A program made the position numbers and the translations under genes. Below, one piece after another: positions 11,101 through 21,406 of a DNA stretch of 21,406 nt; the stretch's first letter is position 1, and the number at the start of each line of letters is the position of its first letter. The stretch comes from Utricularia gibba. Taxonomy: Eukaryota > Plantae > Magnoliophyta. The notes beneath the pieces are model-generated. The model saw only the letters and a list, made by a program, of their open reading frames with translations, ran no database searches and was not told where the DNA came from. The stretch is from the NCBI GenBank assembly GCA_002189035.1, contig NEEC01000087.1, positions 1 to 21,406 on the forward strand, written 5' to 3'.

Positions 11101-14100
11101 AATGGTGATGCGCAATGAAATGACTATGTCGCACATCCTGGTCCACGAAGCACCTCTTCGAAAACATGTAGAGCCTTACTCTTCATAGCACACCATTGGG
11201 AAGCTTTATTCGTGCTCCAAGTAATATCATATGGAGTTACGTTTTTCCGATAACTGTGGACATATTAAAAACAACCTCAACGAAAAGTGTCTTCCGTGTC
11301 CTTCCTTGGTGGCTGCGTCTAAGAATGTGCTTCTCGTTCTCGACATTGATGCAAATGGGATACACGGCAAAAGAATCAAATAGCCACTAGAGACATGGTG
11401 TATGGGAATGGTGCATCAAGAATCAGAAGTATCATAGCAACTAATTGAATCAATCAACAGCCAAAACATATGGTGTCAAACTTCATCGGATATGCGATCA
11501 AGATGGAAAAAAGTCACATGTTACATCATGAATTTCGTGGCATCACTTATCCCAACACTGTTGTATACTCAGGATATGCGTAAATATTTATTTTTAACAA
11601 ATCCGGTGCACGTGTGATTTTTCGGCTGCATCCCGAATGGTGATGCGCAATGAAATGACTATGTCGCACATCCTGGTCCACGAAGCACCTCTTCGAAAAC
11701 ATGTAGAGCCTTACTCTTCATAGCACACCATTGGGAAGCTTTATTCGTGCTCCAAGTAATATCATATGGAGTTACGTTTTTCCGATAACTGTGGACATAT
11801 TAAAAACAACCTCAACGAAAAGTGTCTTCCGTGTCCTTCCTTGGTGGCTGCGTCTAAGAATGTGCTTCTCGTTCTCGACATTGATGCAAATGGGATACAC
11901 GGCAAAAGAATCAAATAGCCACTAGAGACATGGTGTATGGGAATGGTGCATCAAGAATCAGAAGTATCATAGCAACTAATTGAATCAATCAACAGCCAAA
12001 ACATATGGTGTCAAACTTCATCGGATATGCGATCAAGATGGAAAAAAGTCACATGTTACATCATGAATTTCGTGGCATCACTTATCCCAACACTGTTGTA
12101 TACTCAGGATATGCGTAAATATTTATTTTTAACAAATCCGGTGCACGTGTGATTTTTCGGCTGCATCCCGAATGGTGATGCGCAATGAAATGACTATGTC
12201 GCACATCCTGGTCCACGAAGCACCTCTTCGAAAACATGTAGAGCCTTACTCTTCATAGCACACCATTGGGAAGCTTTATTCGTGCTCCAAGTAATATCAT
12301 ATGGAGTTACGTTTTTCCGATAACTGTGGACATATTAAAAACAACCTCAACGAAAAGTGTCTTCCGTGTCCTTCCTTGGTGGCTGCGTCTAAGAATGTGC
12401 TTCTCGTTCTCGACATTGATGCAAATGGGATACACGGCAAAAGAATCAAATAGCCACTAGAGACATGGTGTATGGGAATGGTGCATCAAGAATCAGAAGT
12501 ATCATAGCAACTAATTGAATCAATCAACAGCCAAAACATATGGTGTCAAACTTCATCGGATATGCGATCAAGATGGAAAAAAGTCACATGTTACATCATG
12601 AATTTCGTGGCATCACTTATCCCAACACTGTTGTATACTCAGGATATGCGTAAATATTTATTTTTAACAAATCCGGTGCACGTGTGATTTTTCGGCTGCA
12701 TCCCGAATGGTGATGCGCAATGAAATGACTATGTCGCACATCCTGGTCCACGAAGCACCTCTTCGAAAACATGTAGAGCCTTACTCTTCATAGCACACCA
12801 TTGGGAAGCTTTATTCGTGCTCCAAGTAATATCATATGGAGTTACGTTTTTCCGATAACTGTGGACATATTAAAAACAACCTCAACGAAAAGTGTCTTCC
12901 GTGTCCTTCCTTGGTGGCTGCGTCTAAGAATGTGCTTCTCGTTCTCGACATTGATGCAAATGGGATACACGGCAAAAGAATCAAATAGCCACTAGAGACA
13001 TGGTGTATGGGAATGGTGCATCAAGAATCAGAAGTATCATAGCAACTAATTGAATCAATCAACAGCCAAAACATATGGTGTCAAACTTCATCGGATATGC
13101 GATCAAGATGGAAAAAAGTCACATGTTACATCATGAATTTCGTGGCATCACTTATCCCAACACTGTTGTATACTCAGGATATGCGTAAATATTTATTTTT
13201 AACAAATCCGGTGCACGTGTGATTTTTCGGCTGCATCCCGAATGGTGATGCGCAATGAAATGACTATGTCGCACATCCTGGTCCACGAAGCACCTCTTCG
13301 AAACATGTAGAGCCTTACTCTTCATAGCACACCATTGGGAAGCTTTATTCGTGCTCCAAGTAATATCATATGGAGTTACGTTTTTCCGATAACTGTGGAC
13401 ATATTAAAAACAACCTCAACGAAAAGTGTCTTCCGTGTCCTTCCTTGGTGGCTGCGTCTAAGAATGTGCTTCTCGTTCTCGACATTGATGCAAATGGGAT
13501 ACACGGCAAAAGAATCAAATAGCCACTAGAGACATGGTGTATGGGAATGGTGCATCAAGAATCAGAAGTATCATAGCAACTAATTGAATCAATCAACAGC
13601 CAAAACATATGGTGTCAAACTTCATCGGATATGCGATCAAGATGGAAAAAAGTCACATGTTACATCATGAATTTCGTGGCATCACTTATCCCAACACTGT
13701 TGTATACTCAGGATATGCGTAAATATTTATTTTTAACAAATCCGGTGCACGTGTGATTTTTCGGCTGCATCCCGAATGGTGATGCGCAATGAAATGACTA
13801 TGTCGCACATCCTGGTCCACGAAGCACCTCTTCGAAACATGTAGAGCCTTACTCTTCATAGCACACCATTGGGAAGCTTTATTCGTGCTCCAAGTAATAT
13901 CATATGGAGTTACGTTTTTCCGATAACTGTGGACATATTAAAAACAACCTCAACGAAAAGTGTCTTCCGTGTCCTTCCTTGGTGGCTGCGTCTAAGAATG
14001 TGCTTCTCGTTCTCGACATTGATGCAAATGGGATACACGGCAAAAGAATCAAATAGCCACTAGAGACATGGTGTATGGGAATGGTGCATCAAGAATCAGA

Positions 14101-17075
14101 AGTATCATAGCAACTAATTGAATCAATCAACAGCCAAAACATATGGTGTCAAACTTCATCGGATATGCGATCAAGATGGAAAAAAGTCACATGTTACATC
14201 ATGAATTTCGTGGCATCACTTATCCCAACACTGTTGTATACTCAGGATATGCGTAAATATTTATTTTTAACAAATCCGGTGCACGTGTGATTTTTCGGCT
14301 GCATCCCGAATGGTGATGCGCAATGAAATGACTATGTCGCACATCCTGGTCCACGAAGCACCTCTTCGAAACATGTAGAGCCTTACTCTTCATAGCACAC
14401 CATTGGGAAGCTTTATTCGTGCTCCAAGTAATATCATATGGAGTTACGTTTTTCCGATAACTGTGGACATATTAAAAACAACCTCAACGAAAAGTGTCTT
14501 CCGTGTCCTTCCTTGGTGGCTGCGTCTAAGAATGTGCTTCTCGTTCTCGACATTGATGCAAATGGGATACACGGCAAAAGAATCAAATAGCCACTAGAGA
14601 CATGGTGTATGGGAATGGTGCATCAAGAATCAGAAGTATCATAGCAACTAATTGAATCAATCAACAGCCAAAACATATGGTGTCAAACTTCATCGGATAT
14701 GCGATCAAGATGGAAAAAAGTCACATGTTACATCATGAATTTCGTGGCATCACTTATCCCAACACTGTTGTATACTCAGGATATGCGTAAATATTTATTT
14801 TTAACAAATCCGGTGCACGTGTGATTTTTCGGCTGCATCCCGAATGGTGATGCGCAATGAAATGACTATGTCGCACATCCTGGTCCACGAAGCACCTCTT
14901 CGAAAACATGTAGAGCCTTACTCTTCATAGCACACCATTGGGAAGCTTTATTCGTGCTCCAAGTAATATCATATGGAGTTACGTTTTTCCGATAACTGTG
15001 GACATATTAAAAACAACCTCAACGAAAAGTGTCTTCCGTGTCCTTCCTTGGTGGCTGCGTCTAAGAATGTGCTTCTCGTTCTCGACATTGATGCAAATGG
15101 GATACACGGCAAAAGAATCAAATAGCCACTAGAGACATGGTGTATGGGAATGGTGCATCAAGAATCAGAAGTATCATAGCAACTAATTGAATCAATCAAC
15201 AGCCAAAACATATGGTGTCAAACTTCATCGGATATGCGATCAAGATGGAAAAAAGTCACATGTTACATCATGAATTTCGTGGCATCACTTATCCCAACAC
15301 TGTTGTATACTCAGGATATGCGTAAATATTTATTTTTAACAAATCCGGTGCACGTGTGATTTTTCGGCTGCATCCCGAATGGTGATGCGCAATGAAATGA
15401 CTATGTCGCACATCCTGGTCCACGAAGCACCTCTTCGAAACATGTAGAGCCTTACTCTTCATAGCACACCATTGGGAAGCTTTATTCGTGCTCCAAGTAA
15501 TATCATATGGAGTTACGTTTTTCCGATAACTGTGGACATATTAAAAACAACCTCAACGAAAAGTGTCTTCCGTGTCCTTCCTTGGTGGCTGCGTCTAAGA
15601 ATGTGCTTCTCGTTCTCGACATTGATGCAAATGGGATACACGGCAAAAGAATCAAATAGCCACTAGAGACATGGTGTATGGGAATGGTGCATCAAGAATC
15701 AGAAGTATCATAGCAACTAATTGAATCAATCAACAGCCAAAACATATGGTGTCAAACTTCATCGGATATGCGATCAAGATGGAAAAAAGTCACATGTTAC
15801 ATCATGAATTTCGTGGCATCACTTATCCCAACACTGTTGTATACTCAGGATATGCGTAAATATTTATTTTTAACAAATCCGGTGCACGTGTGATTTTTCG
15901 GCTGCATCCCGAATGGTGATGCGCAATGAAATGACTATGTCGCACATCCTGGTCCACGAAGCACCTCTTCGAAAACATGTAGAGCCTTACTCTTCATAGC
16001 ACACCATTGGGAAGCTTTATTCGTGCTCCAAGTAATATCATATGGAGTTACGTTTTTCCGATAACTGTGGACATATTAAAAACAACCTCAACGAAAAGTG
16101 TCTTCCGTGTCCTTCCTTGGTGGCTGCGTCTAAGAATGTGCTTCTCGTTCTCGACATTGATGCAAATGGGATACACGGCAAAAGAATCAAATAGCCACTA
16201 GAGACATGGTGTATGGGAATGGTGCATCAAGAATCAGAAGTATCATAGCAACTAATTGAATCAATCAACAGCCAAAACATATGGTGTCAAACTTCATCGG
16301 ATATGCGATCAAGATGGAAAAAAGTCACATGTTACATCATGAATTTCGTGGCATCACTTATCCCAACACTGTTGTATACTCAGGATATGCGTAAATATTT
16401 ATTTTTAACAAATCCGGTGCACGTGTGATTTTTCGGCTGCATCCCGAATGGTGATGCGCAATGAAATGACTATGTCGCACATCCTGGTCCACGAAGCACC
16501 TCTTCGAAACATGTAGAGCCTTACTCTTCATAGCACACCATTGGGAAGCTTTATTCGTGCTCCAAGTAATATCATATGGAGTTACGTTTTTCCGATAACT
16601 GTGGACATATTAAAAACAACCTCAACGAAAAGTGTCTTCCGTGTCCTTCCTTGGTGGCTGCGTCTAAGAATGTGCTTCTCGTTCTCGACATTGATGCAAA
16701 TGGGATACACGGCAAAAGAATCAAATAGCCACTAGAGACATGGTGTATGGGAATGGTGCATCAAGAATCAGAAGTATCATAGCAACTAATTGAATCAATC
16801 AACAGCCAAAACATATGGTGTCAAACTTCATCGGATATGCGATCAAGATGGAAAAAAGTCACATGTTACATCATGAATTTCGTGGCATCACTTATCCCAA
16901 CACTGTTGTATACTCAGGATATGCGTAAATATTTATTTTTAACAAATCCGGTGCACGTGTGATTTTTCGGCTGCATCCCGAATGGTGATGCGCAATGAAA
17001 TGACTATGTCGCACATCCTGGTCCACGAAGCACCTCTTCGAAAACATGTAGAGCCTTACTCTTCATAGCACACCA
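2113..17075. repeat. Homogeneous type A core, 28 units
   Basis: By eye the units differ only by 1-2 bp deletions: A3/A4 in TTCGAAA(A)C, T4/T5 in ACGTTTT(T)CC, a TC loss near 2726, a C loss near 3000 and a G loss near 9220. I saw no substitutions. Confidence 0.9.
3178..3712 (+). repeat. Representative consensus (type A) monomer, 535 bp
   Basis: Runs from TTGGGAAGC to the base before the next TTGGGAAGC and carries the majority allele at each variable site I checked (T5 in ACGTTTTTCC, GCGTCTAAGAATG, GCAAATGGGATAC, TTCGAAAACATG). Confidence 0.95.
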
Positions 17076-19208
17076 TTGGGAAGCTTTATTCGTGCTCCAA
17101 GTAATATCATATGGAGTTACGTTTTTCCGATAACTGTGGACATATTAAAAACAACCTCAACGAAAAGTGTCTTCCGTGTCCTTCCTTGGTGGCTGCGTTA
17201 AGAATGTGCTTCTCGTTCTCGACATTGATGCAAATGATACACGGCAAAAGAATCAAATAGCCACTAGAGACATGGTGTATGGGAATGGTGCATCAAGAAT
17301 CAGAAGTATCATAGCAACTAATTGAATCAATCAACAGCCAAAACATATGGTGTCAAACTTCATCGGATATGCGATCAAGATGGAAAAAAGTCACATGTTA
17401 CATCATGAATTTCGTGGCATCACTTATCCCAACACTGTTGTATACTCAGGATATGCGTAAATATTTATTTTTAACAAATCCGGTGCACGTGTGATTTTTC
17501 GGCTGCATCCCGAATGGTGATGCGCAATGAAATGACTATGTCGCACATCCTGGTCCACGAAGCACCTCTTCGAAACATGTAGAGCCTTACTCTTCATAGC
17601 ACACCATTGGGAAGCTTTATTCGTGCTCCAAGTAATATCATATGGAGTTACGTTTTTCCGATAACTGTGGACATATTAAAAACAACCTCAACGAAAAGTG
17701 TCTTCCGTGTCCTTCCTTGGTGGCTGCGTCTAATAATGTGCTTCTCGTTCTCGACATTGATGCAAATGGGATACACGGCAAAAGAATCAAATAGCCACTA
17801 GAGACATGGTGTATGGGAATGGTGCATCAAGAATCAGAAGTATCATAGCAACTAATTGAATCAATCAACAGCCAAAACATATGGTGTCAAACTTCATCGG
17901 ATATGCGATCAAGATGGAAAAAAGTCACATGTTACATCATGAATTTCGTGGCATCACTTATCCCAACACTGTTGTATACTCAGGATATGCGTAAATATTT
18001 ATTTTTAACAAATCCGGTGCACGTGTGATTTTTCGGCTGCATCCCGAATGGTGATGCGCAATGAAATGACTATGTCGCACATCCTGGTCCACGAAGCACC
18101 TCTTCGAAAACATGTAGAGCCTTACTCTTCATAGCACACCATTGGGAAGCTTTATTCGTGCTCAAGTAATATCATATGGAGTTACGTTTTTCCGATAACT
18201 GTGGACATATTAAAAACAACCTCAACGAAAAGTGTCTTCCGTGTCCTTCCTTGGTGGCTGCGTCTAAGAATGTGCTTCTCGTTCTCGACATTGATGCAAA
18301 TGGGATACACGGCAAAAGAATCAAATAGCCACTAGAGACATGGTGTATGGGAATGGTGCATCAAGAATCAGAAGTATCATAGCAACTAATTGAATCAATC
18401 AACAGCCAAAACATATGGTGTCAAACTTCATCGGATATGCGATCAAGATGGAAAAAAGTCACATGTTACATCATGAATTTCGTGGCATCACTTATCCCAA
18501 CACTGTTGTATACTCAGGATATGCGTAAATATTTATTTTTAACAAATCCGGTGCACGTGTGATTTTTCGGCTGCATCCCGAATGGTGATGCGCAATGAAA
18601 TGACTATGTCGCACATCCTGGTCCACGAAGCACCTCTTCGAAAACATGTAGAGCCTTACTCTTCATAGCACACCATTGGGAAGCTTTATTCGTGCTCCAA
18701 GTAATATCATATGGAGTTACGTTTTTCCGATAACTGTGGACATATTAAAAACAACCTCAACGAAAAGTGTCTTCCGTGTCCTTCCTTGGTGGCTGCGTTA
18801 AGAATGTGCTTCTCGTTCTCGACATTGATGCAAATGGGATACACGGCAAAAGAATCAAATAGCCACTAGAGACATGGTGTATGGGAATGGTGCATCAAGA
18901 ATCAGAAGTATCATAGCAACTAATTGAATCAATCAACAGCCAAAACATATGGTGTCAAACTTCATCGGATATGCGATCAAGATGGAAAAAAGTCACATGT
19001 TACATCATGAATTTCGTGGCATCACTTATCCCAACACTGTTGTATACTCAGGATATGCGTAAATATTTATTTTTAACAAATCCGGTGCACGTGTGATTTT
19101 TCGGCTGCATCCCGAATGGTGATGCGCAATGAAATGACTATGTCGCACATCCTGGTCCACGAAGCACCTCTTCGAAACATGTAGAGCCTTACTCTTCATA
19201 GCACACCA

Positions 19209-19949
19209 TTGGGAAGCTTTATTCGTGCTCCAAGTAATATCATATGGAGTTACGTTTTCCGATAACTGTGGACATATTAAAAACAACCTCAACGAAAAGT
19301 GTCTTCCGTGTCCTTCCTTGGTGGCTGCGTCTTAAGAATGTGCTTCTCGTTCTCGACAATTGACTGCAAAATGGTGCATCAAGAATTATCATGGCAACTT
19401 TGAACAAAACAGCCAAAACATATGGTGTCAAACTTCATCGGATATGCGATCAAGATGGAAAAAAGTGTTATTTTTCGGCTGCAGGATATGCCCGAATGGT
19501 GATGCGCAATGAAATGACTATGTCGCACATCCTGGTCCACGAAGCACCTCTTCCAAAACATGCAGAGCCTACTCTTCATAGCACACCATTGGGAATCAAA
19601 TAGCCACTAGAGACATGGTGTAAGGAATGGTGCATCAAGAATCAGAAGTATCATAGCAACTAATTGAATCAATCAACAGCCAAAACATATGGTGTCAAAC
19701 TTCATCGGATATGCGATCAAGATGGAAAAAAGTCACATGTTACATCATGAATTTCGTGGCATCACTTATCCCAACACTGTTGTATACTCAGGATATGCGT
19801 AAATATTTATTTTTAACAAATCCGGTGCACGTGTGATTTTTCGGCTGCATCCCGAATGGTGATGCGCAATGAAATGACTATGTCGCACATCCTGGTCCAC
19901 GAAGCACCTCTTCGAAAACATGTAGAGCCTTACTCTTCATAGCACACCA
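19209..19949. repeat. Two internally deleted/rearranged units (380 and 361 bp) at the A/B boundary
   Basis: Alignment to the consensus by hand gives deletions of ~53 bp (~19370), 6, 2 and 3 bp (19386-19408), 99 bp (19466/19467) and 173 bp (19593-19595), plus a 6-bp gain at ~19484-19489. With the single-base indels these sum to the observed lengths. Confidence 0.9.
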
Positions 19950-21406
19950 TTGGGAAGCTTTATTCGTGCTCCAAGTAATATCATATGGAGTTACGTTTTT
20001 CCGATAACTGTGGACATATTAAAAACAAACCTCAACGAAAAGTGTCTTCCGTGTCCTTCCTTGGTGGCTGCGTTTAATAATGTGCTTCTCGTTCTCGAAA
20101 TTGATGCAAACAAGATACACGGCAAAAGAATCAAATAGCCACTAGAGACATGGTGTATGGGAATGGTGCATCAAGAATCAGAAGTATCATAGCAACTAAT
20201 TGAATCAATCAACAGCCAAAACATATGGTGTCAAACTTCATCGGATATGCGATCAAGATGGAAAAAAGTCACATGTTACATCATGAATTTCGTGGCATCA
20301 CTTATCCCAACACTGTTGTATACTCAGGATATGCGTAAATATTTATTTTTAACAAATCCGGTGCACGTGTGATTTTTCGGCTGCATCCCGAATGGTGATG
20401 CGCAATGAAATGACTATGTCGCACATCCTGGTCCACGAAGCACCTCTTCGAAAATATGTAGAGCCTTACTCTTCATAGCACACCATTGGGAAGCTTTATT
20501 CGTGCTTCAAGTAATATCATATGGAGTTACGTTTTTCCGATAACTGTGGACATATTAAAAACAACCTCAACGAAAAGTGTCTTCCGTGTCCTTCCTTGGT
20601 GGCTGCGTTTAATAATGTGCTTCTCGTTCTCGAAATTGATGCAAACAAGATACACGGCAAAAGAATCAAATAGCCACTAGAGACATGGTGTATGGGAATG
20701 GTGCATCAAGAATCAGAAGTATCATAGCAACTAATTGAATCAATCAACAGCCAAAACATATGGTGTCAAACTTCATCGGATATGCGATCAAGATGGAAAA
20801 AAGTCACATGTTACATCATGAATTTCGTGGCATCACTTATCCCAACACTGTTGTATACTCAGGATATGCGTAAATATTTATTTTTAACAAATCCGGTGCA
20901 CGTGTGATTTTTCGGCTGCACCCGAATGGTGATGCGCAATGAAATGACTATGTCGCACATCCTGGTCCACGAAGCACCTCTTCAAAACATGCAGAGCCTA
21001 CTCTTCATAGCACACCATTGGAAGCTTTATTCGTGCTCCAAGTAATATAATATGGAGTTACGTTTTTCCGATAACTGTGGACATATTAAAACAACCTCAA
21101 CGAAAAGTGTCTTCCGTGTCCTTCCTTGGTGGCTGCGTTTAATAATGTGCTTCTCGTTCTCGAATTGATGCAAACAAGATACACGGCAAAAGAATCAAAT
21201 AGCCACTAGAGACATGGTGTAGGAATGGTGCATCAAGAATCAGAAGTATCATGGCAACTAATTGAATCAATCAACAGCCAAAACATATGGTGTCAAACTT
21301 CATCGGATATGCGATCAAGATGGAAAAAGTCACATGTTACATCATGAATTTCGTGGCATCACTTATCCCAACACTGTTGTATACTCAGGATATGCGTAAA
21401 TATTTA
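19950..21406. repeat. Type B variant units (two complete, one partial)
   Basis: Three consecutive units share GCGTTTAATAATG (A: GCGTCTAAGAATG) and GCAAACAAGATAC (A: GCAAATGGGATAC); first at 20074/20078 and 20111-20113, again near 20609-20648 and 21139-21177. CTCGAAATTG (A: CTCGACATTG) is at 20099 and ~20634, with a one-base-shorter CTCGAATTG in the last unit. Confidence 0.9.

Larger units (their letters stand above)
1..21406. repeat. Head-to-tail tandem array of a ~535-bp unit, ~40 copies, filling the window
   Basis: TTGGGAAGC recurs at 512, 1045, 1580, 2113, 2646, 3178, 3713, 4248, 4782, 5316, 5850, 6385, 6920, 7455, 7990, 8525, 9059, 9593, 10128, 10662, 11196, 11731, 12266, 12801, 13335, 13869, 14403, 14938, 15472, 16007, 16541, 17076, 17607, 18142, 18676, 19209 and 19950, 20486, with variant forms at 19589 and 21018. 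Spacing is 531-536 bp except at 19209-19949. The same 64-aa ORF recurs at this period. Confidence 0.99.

Noticed and set aside
2113-19260. T4 variant occurs in units 4, 8, 20 and 36 (all multiples of four), hinting at a 4-mer higher-order repeat
   Set aside because: Units 12, 16, 24, 28 and 32 lack it and the A3/A4 pattern has no period of four. Chance of four sharing a residue is about 1 in 64, noticed after the fact.
1-21406. Endless-ORF concatemer of the DRT2/Neo type
   Set aside because: The consensus unit length (535) is not a multiple of three, and my hand translation found stops in all six frames of the unit.
1-21406. CRISPR array
   Set aside because: No short repeats alternating with unique spacers; the entire unit repeats.

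Overview
The whole window is one head-to-tail tandem array of a ~535-bp unit (~41% GC by hand count of the first unit), all in one orientation. Phased on the motif TTGGGAAGC, it holds 37 complete units (531-536 bp), two internally deleted units (380 and 361 bp, 19209-19949) and a partial unit at each edge. There is no unique sequence. I cannot support any protein-coding gene, rRNA, tRNA, CRISPR array or transposase; the ORF track is the same short repeat-derived ORFs recurring. The core (~2.1-17 kb) is almost invariant apart from small indels. The last ~1.5 kb carries a linked multi-substitution variant (type B), with traces of a third (type C). A scrambled segment at ~19.33-19.60 kb sits at the A/B boundary. 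Its alleles, and partial B alleles near both ends of the window, look like consensus or polishing artefacts from mixed reads. The most suggestive signal in the unit is a small stem-loop whose minus-strand loop (TATGATATTACT) resembles the rolling-circle origin loop of geminivirus/CRESS DNAs. That raises the possibility of a concatemer of a small non-coding circle, but a chromosomal satellite array fits equally well. Organism and family cannot be identified from the sequence alone.
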